Assembly (NCBI GenBank): GCA_016783505.1
Contig: JADHWK010000010.1
Span: 1 to 61,209 of the forward strand
Direction of reading: 5' to 3'
Length of the DNA: 61,209 nt
Source: Candidatus Zhuqueibacterota bacterium
Lineage (GTDB): Bacteria > BS750m-G25
The notes under the pieces were generated by a model. It searched no databases and had not been told where the DNA came from. It was given only the letters and a program-made list of their open reading frames with translations. The position numbers were made by a program, and so were the translations under genes. Of this stretch, positions 29,481 through 38,925 are shown piece by piece; position 1 is the first letter of the stretch, and each line of letters opens with the position of its first letter.

Positions 29481-31582
29481 TGGAACGTGGCAATATGATT
29501 CACGTATGGGTTGAACGATTAACTTCTTTCGGAATTATTAAGCTATATTGTGATCTAAGGAAGTACGATGATATTATCATCTTTTATCATAGGCTCTCAA
29601 GAGTTGCTGGTTTGTTTGCTGTCTTACTTGAAAACGGAAGTGTTAGCTCCAGAAGAATCGTTTTTAGAAAGATAGATTATGAATATTTTGCAAAGGACGC
29701 CCATGGGAGGGCGTTAATATATAAAGTAGAGCAGGGAGCTGCGATTCTTGCAGAACGGTTTTTTGGTGAATATTTGGCTCAGATGGAATGGTTGCCTGAT
29801 GGATATGACGAGTACAAAGATGAGTGGAAACGGATAGTTAAGTCATCACTCACAATGGTAGCTCGAGAGTCCTTGAAGTATTTGTTTATTATTGCAAATA
29901 TGTATGACACACATCAGATTGACAGATCAGGTATAAAGCAGATCATCATATATTTAAACCAGTCTGTTGTATCCCGGTTTATGGAACGCTTCTTCCAAAT
30001 ACCAATCAATATCCCATCTTCAATTCGGACTATTCCTAATTATAAGTATAATTTGATGTTTTACCCTATTCCTGGAAAACTCATCCAATTATTCTTTCAG
30101 ATTTTCATTGGATGCATGAAAAATGGAAAAAACCTTCATTATATATCAGAACAGGCCGTGAAAAATGGCGTCTTTATTGAAGAGTATCATCGTAGCATAT
30201 TCAGCCGTTATCCACTGGCAGGGCATTTATTCTGGTTTTCAGAAAGCAATTTGCCGCCTGAAAGGGTAATATTGTATTTTGATCGACCGGATTCGCCTTG
30301 TGATACTAAAGCGAGGCAAGAGGTTGAGTCATACGGGTTTGGCTGGTTGGATATGGACAATCCATGGCGGCATGTTAGATCGCCAGTGAGAATTTTGTCG
30401 AGCTGCTTTTTCAATGTGAGAAAATCCTTTCTCAAAAGCCGGATGGAAATTAGTATATGGCTGTGGGTTTTCTTGTTTTATCACAGCCTGCTTCTGGAGT
30501 GTTTTCGCGAGATTTATCGGACATACAATGTAAAGATGATGCATCAGCATCAGGAGTGGTGGCCGAGTTCCCTGGTCAGGGCCCTTGCCATCCGGATGGA
30601 AGGTGGAAAATCTGTCTGGTTTTTTTGGTCAGTTACTCAATATCCGTTTGGCTATTTCAATTCAGGTTTTGCGGATCTCGTTCTTTCCTGGGGGCCGTTG
30701 AATGATGGATTCATTAACGCTCATGATTTTTCCTACAGATACCTGGTAAGAATCGGTCGAATTGCCGCTGACGGATTTGATGATGAAGTAAGGCGTGATG
30801 CCCGTGCCATTCGAAAGCGATTCTCCCCTGATACATCCTTTGTCATCACTATTTTTGACAGTTCGCACAGCAATGATCCTGGCTTTCATCAATCGACAGC
30901 CTCCATGTTGACGTTTTATGACAACTTGCTCTCGTCTGCTCAACAAAGAAGTCACTGGGGCATTTTGATTAAGTCCAAGGGAGACTTTTTTAACCGATTG
31001 CCCCTCTCACACAGATTCTACAGTGCTTTTGAGCAGCTTACCGCCCAGGGCAGATGCATATTGCTGGATGGCCAAAACCTGGTGTCTCGGGCCGCCTTTG
31101 CCGGTGATGTTGCTGTGTGCTATAACATTAACTCAGCCGGTGTGCTGGCCGCTCTGTGTAACAAACCGGTCCTTCACTGGGATATTTGCGGGGCATTGGA
31201 TCATCCCCTTTATCAGGCAGGCGGTGAGGGCGGGATTATTTTTAAGACCTACGACGAGGTCTTGAATGCGCTGCTGAGGATTGAAGAGGGCGATAGCGTT
31301 TGTGGAAACCACGATCAATGGCTGGGGCTTGTGGATGAATTTCGGGATGAGATGGGAAATCAGCGGGCCGCCGAACTGATCGACGGATATATGATGCGGC
31401 GCGACCAGGGGATGGATCAAAACACGGCCCTTAGAAAATCAGTGGAGGCGTTCTCACGAAGATGGGGCCAGGATAAGGTTTCAACAATGGACTGTGTTCA
31501 ACCGCATTTGGGAAATGATCTGTGGCTCAAAGTGATAGAGAAAGCATCACAATCCGTTGAACAACGCCTCAGTCACCGTTGA
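29477..31582 (+). CDS. Large hypothetical surface-carbohydrate biosynthesis protein (putative transferase)
   Basis: 701-aa ORF coupled to its neighbours; C-terminal GT-B-like features (SWG, IFDSS, LIKSK, SAG..AAL..KP). Confidence 0.6.
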   Translation: MMERGNMIHVWVERLTSFGIIKLYCDLRKYDDIIIFYHRLSRVAGLFAVLLENGSVSSRRIVFRKIDYEYFAKDAHGRALIYKVEQGAAILAERFFGEYLAQMEWLPDGYDEYKDEWKRIVKSSLTMVARESLKYLFIIANMYDTHQIDRSGIKQIIIYLNQSVVSRFMERFFQIPINIPSSIRTIPNYKYNLMFYPIPGKLIQLFFQIFIGCMKNGKNLHYISEQAVKNGVFIEEYHRSIFSRYPLAGHLFWFSESNLPPERVILYFDRPDSPCDTKARQEVESYGFGWLDMDNPWRHVRSPVRILSSCFFNVRKSFLKSRMEISIWLWVFLFYHSLLLECFREIYRTYNVKMMHQHQEWWPSSLVRALAIRMEGGKSVWFFWSVTQYPFGYFNSGFADLVLSWGPLNDGFINAHDFSYRYLVRIGRIAADGFDDEVRRDARAIRKRFSPDTSFVITIFDSSHSNDPGFHQSTASMLTFYDNLLSSAQQRSHWGILIKSKGDFFNRLPLSHRFYSAFEQLTAQGRCILLDGQNLVSRAAFAGDVAVCYNINSAGVLAALCNKPVLHWDICGALDHPLYQAGGEGGIIFKTYDEVLNALLRIEEGDSVCGNHDQWLGLVDEFRDEMGNQRAAELIDGYMMRRDQGMDQNTALRKSVEAFSRRWGQDKVSTMDCVQPHLGNDLWLKVIEKASQSVEQRLSHR

Positions 31583-31614
31583 CAGGTGATAAACCGGGAA
31601 ATCTTGGATCGGGT

Positions 31615-33894
31615 ATGAACATAGATAAGGACATCAAAAAATATATTGTTTTTTCGGAAGATTCCCTGCTGCATGGCCTGGAAAAGATCAGCAAGAACAA
31701 AAGGCAGATTGTTTTCGGTGTCAGTGAAGCAGGGGTAATGGAAGGGGTGCTGTCAGACGGGGATTTTCGCAGGTGGGTGGTAGATCAAAAGGATTTCGAT
31801 ATCCAAATCTCTATCTCACGCATACTGAAAAAGGATTTTGTCTATTGCAGGGAGACGGATTCTCCCGAGACAATGGAGGCCCACTTTTTTCAAGGTATAG
31901 CCTATATCCCGATCCTGGATGATCAGAATCGGCTGATAGCGGTGGCCACCAGAGAAGATCCGAAAATATGTGTTGGGGACTGGACCATCAGTGATGAAAG
32001 CCCATGTTTTGTTATTGCTGAAATTGGAAATAACTATAACGGCGGTTTTGAGAAAGCAAAAGACCTGGTTGATGCGGCCCTTTGGGCCGGGGCCTCGTGC
32101 GCCAAATTCCAGATGAGAAGTATGGAAAGCCTGTACCGGCAGGCAGGGTTTGAAACAAATCACAGAGAGGATTTAGGGACCGAGTATGTGCTTGACCTGC
32201 TGAACAGGTTTCAATTGAGCGACGACGATATGTTTCGCATCTTTGACTATTGCAGGGAAAAGGGGATTCTGCCGCTGTGTACGCCATACGACATGGAAAG
32301 CCTGAAAAAGCTTGAAGGCTATGGCATGGAGGCCTTCAAGCTTGCATCTGCCGATCTGACCAACCATGAAATGATAGAGACCATGGCTCAGACCCGAAAC
32401 CCCCTTTTCTGCTCTGTGGGTATGTCAACGGATGAGGAGATTGTGCTGGCGGTGGATCTTCTTAAAAAGCATGGGGCCCAATATGTCCTGATGCAGTGCA
32501 ATTCCACCTACCCGCCGCCCTTTAAAGACATCAACCTCAACTATATGCGCACACTGAAACGATATGGCCATTGCCCGGTGGGCTACTCAGGGCATGAGCG
32601 CGGAATAAGTGTAGCGATTGCAGCGGTGGCAATGGGCGCCAAAGTTTTGGAAAAGCATCTAACCCTGGATAAAGGCATGGAAGGTAATGACCATAAGATC
32701 AGTTTGCTGCCTGAAGAATTCAAGGCCATGGTCCAGGGTATTCGCGAAGTCGAACAGGCGTTTGGAGAGGAAAAAACCCGTCGTATTTCCCAGGGAGAGC
32801 TGATTGTTCGGGAGGGCCTGGCGAAAAGCCTTGTTGCCTCTATGGAAATTAGGAGGGGCGATGTCATAACCGAGGAGGGAATCAGCATTCGCTCCCCAGG
32901 CAAAGGACTTCCTCCGTATCGAAAAAAGGAGTTAATCGGGAAAACCGCCAAGCGGGATTTCAAAGAAGGCGATTTCTTTCACTTGTCGGACCTCCAAATG
33001 GACACTGTCAAGCCGAGGGATTACAAGTTCGAAAGAGAATGGGGGATCCCAGTTCGCTTCCATGATTTCAAAGCCATATATGAGAAGTCAAACATGAAAC
33101 TGGTGGAGTTTCATCTCAGTTATAAGGATCTGGAATTGTCGCTTGACGAGTATCTTACCGAAATTTATCCTATCAACTTCATAGTGCATGCGCCTGAGTT
33201 GTTTGCGCATGATCATATATTGGATTTGTGCACTAGGGATGAGGATTACCGGCGCAGATCAATTGATGAACTTCAAAAGGTCATCAGGAAGACGCTGGAA
33301 GTGAAGCGCTATTTCCCAAAAACAGAGAAGCCTTTGATTGTCGTCAATGCCGGCGGTTTTACCATGAACCATCACATATCGCCTTCGGAAAGAAAGCAGC
33401 TTTATGAATTTTTTGTTTATAGCCGCCATGAACTGGATATGAACGGCGTTGAAATTATCCCTCAGACCATGCCACCTTTTCCCTGGCATTTCGGTGGACA
33501 AAGATATCACAATCTTTTTGTTGATCCCCATGAAATAGCTGAAATCTGTAGAGAAAATGAAATGAAAATATGTCTCGATATTTCCCATTCAAAATTAGCA
33601 TGTAATTTTTATAAATGGTCATTAAGGGAATTTATTGAGATCGTTGCCCCCTTTGTAGTTCATATTCATCTTGCTGACGCCGCAGGGCTTGACGGTGAAG
33701 GATTGCAGATTGAAGAGGGAGAGCTAAACTTTAGAAACCTGATGGATGATCTTAACAGATGGATCCCGGATGCCTCATTCATACCGGAAATTTGGCAGGG
33801 GCATAAGGACAGAGGTGCGGGATTTTGGAAGGCTTTAGATCGATTAGAGAAGTATGAACCCGATGAACCCGTCTTAAAGCGAAATATGGTATAA
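31615..33894 (+). CDS. Multidomain NeuB-family synthase: CBS pair + NeuB + SAF + xylose-isomerase-like TIM barrel
   Basis: GVLSDGDFRR (CBS); IAEIGNN, AKFQMR, GYSGHERG, EKHLTLD (NeuB); SPGKGL (SAF); EFHLS, HAPE, CLDISHS, HLADA, PEIWQGH (TIM barrel). Confidence 0.88.
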   Translation: MNIDKDIKKYIVFSEDSLLHGLEKISKNKRQIVFGVSEAGVMEGVLSDGDFRRWVVDQKDFDIQISISRILKKDFVYCRETDSPETMEAHFFQGIAYIPILDDQNRLIAVATREDPKICVGDWTISDESPCFVIAEIGNNYNGGFEKAKDLVDAALWAGASCAKFQMRSMESLYRQAGFETNHREDLGTEYVLDLLNRFQLSDDDMFRIFDYCREKGILPLCTPYDMESLKKLEGYGMEAFKLASADLTNHEMIETMAQTRNPLFCSVGMSTDEEIVLAVDLLKKHGAQYVLMQCNSTYPPPFKDINLNYMRTLKRYGHCPVGYSGHERGISVAIAAVAMGAKVLEKHLTLDKGMEGNDHKISLLPEEFKAMVQGIREVEQAFGEEKTRRISQGELIVREGLAKSLVASMEIRRGDVITEEGISIRSPGKGLPPYRKKELIGKTAKRDFKEGDFFHLSDLQMDTVKPRDYKFEREWGIPVRFHDFKAIYEKSNMKLVEFHLSYKDLELSLDEYLTEIYPINFIVHAPELFAHDHILDLCTRDEDYRRRSIDELQKVIRKTLEVKRYFPKTEKPLIVVNAGGFTMNHHISPSERKQLYEFFVYSRHELDMNGVEIIPQTMPPFPWHFGGQRYHNLFVDPHEIAEICRENEMKICLDISHSKLACNFYKWSLREFIEIVAPFVVHIHLADAAGLDGEGLQIEEGELNFRNLMDDLNRWIPDASFIPEIWQGHKDRGAGFWKALDRLEKYEPDEPVLKRNMV

Positions 33895-33927
33895 AAGGAC
33901 GTTATTCATTTGTAAAGGAGATAAAAT

Positions 33928-34590
33928 ATGATTGAACTACCGGACTTTAACCGGTCTTTCGAATATGAAAATGATTTTTATCTGTCATGTGAGGCACAAC
34001 GTTTAGGAAAAGCTTTTGCGCATTATGAATTGTACAAAAAAACAATGCATATACCCGGGCAAATTGTTGAGTGCGGTGTTTTCAAGGGCGCATCCTTATC
34101 AAGATTTGCCATGTTAAGAGAGCTTTATGGGAACGGCGCGATTCAAAAAATAATTGCTTTTGATACCTTCGGGAAATTTCCGGAAATAGTTTTTGAAGAT
34201 GATAGAGAAAAAAGACAAAAATTCACCAAAGAAGCCGGAGATGAAAGTATTTCCTGTGAACAAATGAAAAACGTTTTAATGAATAAAAATTGTGAAGAAA
34301 ATATTGAGTTAATAGAAGGTGATATATGTAAGACAGTACCTGATTATGCAAGGGATAACCCCGAGTTGAAAATAGCCCTTTTAAATTTAGATGTGGATCT
34401 CTATGAACCTACTGTTACCGTTCTTAGGTACCTTGAACCAAAAATAGTAAAGGGCGGCGTACTGATACTAGACGATTATGGTGTTTTTCCGGGAGAAACC
34501 AAGGCTGTAGATGAATATTTCGTTGACGGCCCTCTGAACATTCGTAGATTTCCGATCAGCAAGACTCCAAGCTATATGATCAAGAAATAA
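33928..34590 (+). CDS. TylF/MycF/NovP-family O-methyltransferase
   Basis: PGQIVECGVFKGAS, FDTFGKFP, LNLDVDLYEPT, GGVLILDDY; AAGGAG RBS. Confidence 0.88.
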   Translation: MIELPDFNRSFEYENDFYLSCEAQRLGKAFAHYELYKKTMHIPGQIVECGVFKGASLSRFAMLRELYGNGAIQKIIAFDTFGKFPEIVFEDDREKRQKFTKEAGDESISCEQMKNVLMNKNCEENIELIEGDICKTVPDYARDNPELKIALLNLDVDLYEPTVTVLRYLEPKIVKGGVLILDDYGVFPGETKAVDEYFVDGPLNIRRFPISKTPSYMIKK

Positions 34591-34625
34591 AAGTCGCATA
34601 TCCTTATAAGAAAGGTGATTGGCTT

Positions 34626-35471
34626 ATGGAGGATGGATTGAATGCATATGTCGGTACCATTTTCGATTTACACAACAGAACCGCCATCGTCAGCGGAGGG
34701 GCGGGATTGCTCGGCAGGGAATTCTGTAAAGCACTGGCATCAGCCGGGGCAAATATCGTATTAGCCGATAACGACGAAATAAGCATGGATTCCGCGGAAA
34801 AGGAAATCCGTGGGATGTATAAAAACAGTCCAATCACAAAGCATATTATAGATGTAACGAACGAAAAATCCATTTCAGAATGTGTCATGTTTACAGAGAG
34901 AGAGTTTGGGAACATTGATATACTTGTCAACAGCGCTGCTATCGATCCAAAATTTGACGAAGATTCAGACACGTCCTCCTATTCTTCTTTCGCTGAGTTT
35001 CCGATTGACCTATGGAACAAATCCACTGAGGTCAATCTGACCGGAACCTTTCTTCTGACCCAAGCTGTCTGCCGGAATATGGAGAGACGGGGTAAGGGGT
35101 CGGTCATTAATTTGGGATCAAACTATGGCCTTGTCGGACCGGATCAAGGCATCTATAAAAGAAAAGATGAGAAACCGCAATCCTATAAGCCCGTTGTATA
35201 TTCGGTTTGTAAAGCGGGAATTATCGGTTTCACAAAATATCTGGCTGCCTATTACGCGGGCACGGAGATTAGAGTCAATGTATTGACACCGAGCGGCGTA
35301 TATAACAAACAGGACGATTTTTTTGTAAAAAATTACGCGTCACGGACAATTCTTCGGCGAATGTCGAATAAGAATGAGTTTTGGGGCGGTGTCATTTTTT
35401 TGGCCTCTGATGCTTCATCCTATATGACGGGCGGCAACCTGATTATCGACGGCGGATGGACGGCTTGGTGA
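34626..35471 (+). CDS. Short-chain dehydrogenase/reductase (PtmA-like)
   Basis: SGGAGLLG, LVNSAA, YSVCKAG, RVNVLTPSG, DGGWTAW. Confidence 0.88.
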   Translation: MEDGLNAYVGTIFDLHNRTAIVSGGAGLLGREFCKALASAGANIVLADNDEISMDSAEKEIRGMYKNSPITKHIIDVTNEKSISECVMFTEREFGNIDILVNSAAIDPKFDEDSDTSSYSSFAEFPIDLWNKSTEVNLTGTFLLTQAVCRNMERRGKGSVINLGSNYGLVGPDQGIYKRKDEKPQSYKPVVYSVCKAGIIGFTKYLAAYYAGTEIRVNVLTPSGVYNKQDDFFVKNYASRTILRRMSNKNEFWGGVIFLASDASSYMTGGNLIIDGGWTAW

Positions 35472-35731
35472 TGGATAAAATGAAATCCGCGTCGGTTGGC
35501 ATTGTCGGGTGCGGTAATATCGCCGGGGACCTTGATGACGATCTGAAAAAACGGCACATATACAGCCATGCAAAAGCGATCAGTATGGTCGAGGCGTTGA
35601 AACTCGTCGTCTGTTGCGATGTAGATGAATCGGCCTTAAGAAAATATGCCGAGAGATGGGATGTTCCGGGGCAGTATAAAAAAGTGGTAATGTTCAAAAG
35701 TGTTGGCATGGGCACAATTCAACGGACTTGA
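35471..35731 (+). pseudogene. Truncated paralog of the Gfo/Idh/MocA oxidoreductase at 25099
   Basis: GCGNIAGDLDDDLKKRHIYSHAKAIS matches GCGNIASGLDDDVKKRHIYSHAKAIS; homology ends near 35677. Confidence 0.88.
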
Positions 35732-35806
35732 TGGAGATGTCAAGGTGGCCCTCAATGCCGAGTTTTTTTAGCCAATACTGTTTCCATTTTTTCCGGGAAT
35801 ATTGTT

Positions 35807-36004
35807 AGACCTTTGCATAACCTGCCAAAAATTGTCAACGGAGGATAGATACTCAAAACTCTAAGAGACCTTTGAATAACTCGACAATTTTTGGCACGAG
35901 CAAACTTGAACGTTAACCTGAGGGCACTTTACCTAAATATGGCTTAATAAAACGTCACCTATGGTTGCCACATTTTGTCCAAATTTTGGTAATGCAAAGG
36001 TCTC
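35807..36004. mobile_element. IS/MITE-like remnant with GAGACCTTTG terminal inverted repeats
   Basis: AGACCTTTGCATAACC (35807) and GAGACCTTTGAATAAC (35865) face GGTAATGCAAAGGTCTC (35988-36004; reverse complement GAGACCTTTGCATTACC); resembles IS5-family ends. Confidence 0.65.
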
Positions 36005-36016
36005 AAGTCGTCTTCC

Positions 36017-36196
36017 CATAAAACGAGCGGTGTGGTTTTCTCCTGCCGAACGGAAATCCTTATGAGATATCAAGCCTTTGTCGGAAAAAAGTGTCTGGCC
36101 GTAGAAATCGATAATAGAGATGTGTTTGATTTGGACTATCCTGAAGATTTTGAAATTTGCGAAATTCTAATGAAAAAACAGAACCCGACATCGTGA
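36017..36196 (+). pseudogene. C-terminal fragment of a paralog of the NeuA-like gene at 27551
   Basis: KTSGVVFSCRTEILMRYQAFVGKKCLAVEIDNRDVFDLDYPEDFEICEILM versus KTSGVVFSCRTETLVRYQSFVGKKCLAIVIDPSDVFDLDYPEDFDMCEILM; N-terminus missing. Confidence 0.9.
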
Positions 36197-36230
36197 TTAA
36201 AAAGATCATAGGAAAGGTCCTAACGGATAT

Positions 36231-37223
36231 ATGGTAAGAGGCCAATACAAAATAGGTAAACAGAAATCACAACCGGGGAGTGATATTTGCTACTTGTGCG
36301 GTAACCGGGGAATGGAGCTCATACGGGAAAGATTAAGACACAATATCAAGAGAGATGTTCTGAGATGCAAATCGTGCGGTATCGTTTACTTGGAACCGAA
36401 GGACGATGATTTAGAAGACTATTATCGAAAAGACTATACAAAAACCTATACGGGTGTCATCGGTGGGAGGCTAAGCAGCAAAGAGCATTTTGACATGTCT
36501 CTGCCTTTTCAACAGGCGAGAGTCAATGAAATTAAGCATATTTTATCTCCAACGATGACGGCCCTTGATATCGGGTGTTCCGCCGGTTTCTTTCTATATA
36601 CCTTAAAGGACTACATAGGGGATTGTGTCGGTATCGAGTTTAATCGTGATGATGCATACTTTGTTGAGCATGAGCTCAATATCAAAGTCTACCAGGATTC
36701 ATTGGAACATACGGGTATCCCCTTTGAATCCTTCGATTTAATTACCGCATTTCAGGTATTGGAGCATATCGAAGATCCTTTAAATTTTCTTGCTACCGTT
36801 ATGAAATACCTGAAACCTGACGGATATCTGTGTATTGAAGTTCCGAATATCCGAGACCCACTGATTTCAATTTATAATATTCAAAGCTATACGGACTTTT
36901 GGTTCAGGGAACCACATATTTTTTATTATTCTGAAGAAACGCTGTCGATGACGCTGGAACGAGCGGGGTTTATAGGAAATACAAAAACCATACAAAATTA
37001 TTCTTTTCTTAATCATATGAACTGGATTTGTAAAAATGAGCCTCAAAAGGATTTTAGGATGGGCATGTCAAAGCCAAAGTTAGTAACGTCTGAATCGGCG
37101 GATGAAACCATTTCAAATGAATTGAATGTATGGATAGAAAAGGTCGATGAAGAATATAAGGAAATTTTGACCAAACACGGGTTTGGGGAAAATATTTTAT
37201 ATATTGGACAAAAAAGGAAATAG
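36231..37223 (+). CDS. Class I SAM-dependent methyltransferase with N-terminal CxxC..CxxC zinc motif
   Basis: CYLC, CKSC, LDIGCSAG, FQVLEHIEDP, LKPDG..IEVPN. Confidence 0.88.
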   Translation: MVRGQYKIGKQKSQPGSDICYLCGNRGMELIRERLRHNIKRDVLRCKSCGIVYLEPKDDDLEDYYRKDYTKTYTGVIGGRLSSKEHFDMSLPFQQARVNEIKHILSPTMTALDIGCSAGFFLYTLKDYIGDCVGIEFNRDDAYFVEHELNIKVYQDSLEHTGIPFESFDLITAFQVLEHIEDPLNFLATVMKYLKPDGYLCIEVPNIRDPLISIYNIQSYTDFWFREPHIFYYSEETLSMTLERAGFIGNTKTIQNYSFLNHMNWICKNEPQKDFRMGMSKPKLVTSESADETISNELNVWIEKVDEEYKEILTKHGFGENILYIGQKRK

Positions 37224-37252
37224 TGACATAGCATCATTGAGTATTACCAAGG

Positions 37253-38338
37253 ATGAATCTTTACCGGGAAATCAAAAAAACGAATGAACAGAGAAAAATG
37301 AGAGCATTATTTATAGGCTTAGGATCGATCGGGCAACGACATTTACAGAATTTTCAAAGGCTAATGGGCGAAAATAGTTGTGAGGTTATTGCCTATCGTC
37401 ATGGCGATCTTCAGAACATCATTGAGAACGGAGAGGCTATTCACTGCGGCAATATTGCGGCCCATTACGGGTTTAAAGCGTTCAATAATTTTAAAGACGT
37501 CATAGTACAGACCCCGGATATAAGTTTTATCTGCAATCCGAACCGGTTACACATAGAAACGGCTATTCCGCTGGCGGAAATCGGGAGTGATTTATTCATA
37601 GAGAAACCTTTGGGAACCGGCCTCGATCTCCTGGATGAATTAGAAAAAAATATCTCGTTAAAAAAATTGACGACAATGGTAGGATTTCAAAGTCGCTTTC
37701 ATCCATGTATTCGGAAGGTTAAGAAAATCTTGCAGGAGAAAAAATTCGGCAATGTGATTTCGGCCCAGTTTAACTGGTCCAATTATCTTCCCTATTTCCA
37801 TCCCTATGAAGATTATAGAAAGGGATACGCAGCAAGAGAAGATCTTGGTGGAGGAGTAACGTTTACCTATTGTCATGAATTGGATATTATTCAACATTTT
37901 TTCGACATCCCTGAATCCGTATATGCTGTCGGGGGACATCTAAGTAAACTGGAGATGGATGCGGACGATACAATCATCGCCTTATTTAAATGTAAAGGAA
38001 AATTAAGCTCCATGGTGTTTCCGGTTTCTTTGCATCTCAGTCTTGGTCAAGGACAAGAGGAAAGAAAATTTACGATATTAATGGATGATGTCTATATTGA
38101 ATGCGACATAAAGAGAAATAGGCTGAAAATCCAAGACCACGAAAAAAATACCCTAAAAGAAAAAGAATATAATAATCTTGAGCGTAACGACTTATTCTTG
38201 AAAGAGATGGCTCATTTTCTTGATTGCGTCAAAAAGAGGAACGAGACCTTTGTTCCGGTATCAGAAGGGAAAAAAAGCTTATTGATGTCTTTAGCTATTC
38301 ATAAATCATTGAAGACTGGACATGTGGAACCTATATAA
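37253..38338 (+). CDS. Gfo/Idh/MocA oxidoreductase
   Basis: IGLGSIGQRH, FIEKPL, FHPYEDYR.GY, GGGV..HELD; start could be ATG 37298. Confidence 0.88.
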   Translation: MNLYREIKKTNEQRKMRALFIGLGSIGQRHLQNFQRLMGENSCEVIAYRHGDLQNIIENGEAIHCGNIAAHYGFKAFNNFKDVIVQTPDISFICNPNRLHIETAIPLAEIGSDLFIEKPLGTGLDLLDELEKNISLKKLTTMVGFQSRFHPCIRKVKKILQEKKFGNVISAQFNWSNYLPYFHPYEDYRKGYAAREDLGGGVTFTYCHELDIIQHFFDIPESVYAVGGHLSKLEMDADDTIIALFKCKGKLSSMVFPVSLHLSLGQGQEERKFTILMDDVYIECDIKRNRLKIQDHEKNTLKEKEYNNLERNDLFLKEMAHFLDCVKKRNETFVPVSEGKKSLLMSLAIHKSLKTGHVEPI

Positions 38339-38352
38339 GATAACATGTAGGG

Positions 38353-38740
38353 ATGTTTGGCAAAATGGTATGGGTGGGCTGCTTCAGGATAAGGCGGATG
38401 GTAAATGATTTAGGCGTTCAAATAAAGCGCGTGTATGAACTGATTGACTTCTATCACACGGTTGAACATTTGGGTAAAATTGCTGCACGTCGGAAAACAT
38501 GGAACGTGATCGAAGGAAAAAAATGGATGAAGAAGCACAAACAGTTCCTAAAAAGTGGCAAGATTCAGCAAGTAATAGACGCAATAAAGAACTTGCAGAG
38601 GCAGGAGTAGCAAAGAGTTTCGCGGGGAATGCACCTATTTTCTAAGGAATCGTCATCGAATGGTTTACCCTACAATAAGGGAAATACGATTTCGTATAGG
38701 CAGCGGAACCATGGAAGGCGCAATACATTGGATATGTTGA
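38353..38740 (+). mobile_element. Frameshifted ISKra4/ISLre2-like transposase fragment
   Basis: LIDFYHTVEHL in one frame, then YFLRNRHRMVY...RIGSGTMEGAI in another; both are typical C-terminal motifs of these DDE transposases. Confidence 0.75.
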
Positions 38741-38925
38741 AAAAGCAGGCTATTATACCAACTCTAAATGCCAGTATTTAAAAGCTACTCTTTGAGAATT
38801 TGCCGGTTTTGGTCTTGACAGTTCATAAAGGGACAGTCTTGCAATGGGGTAGAAATTCTCGAAATGCGAATGGTGGCATGGGCATTCAAGAAGCAAAGAA
38901 AGGATTGAGGTATTAAAGAAACTTT

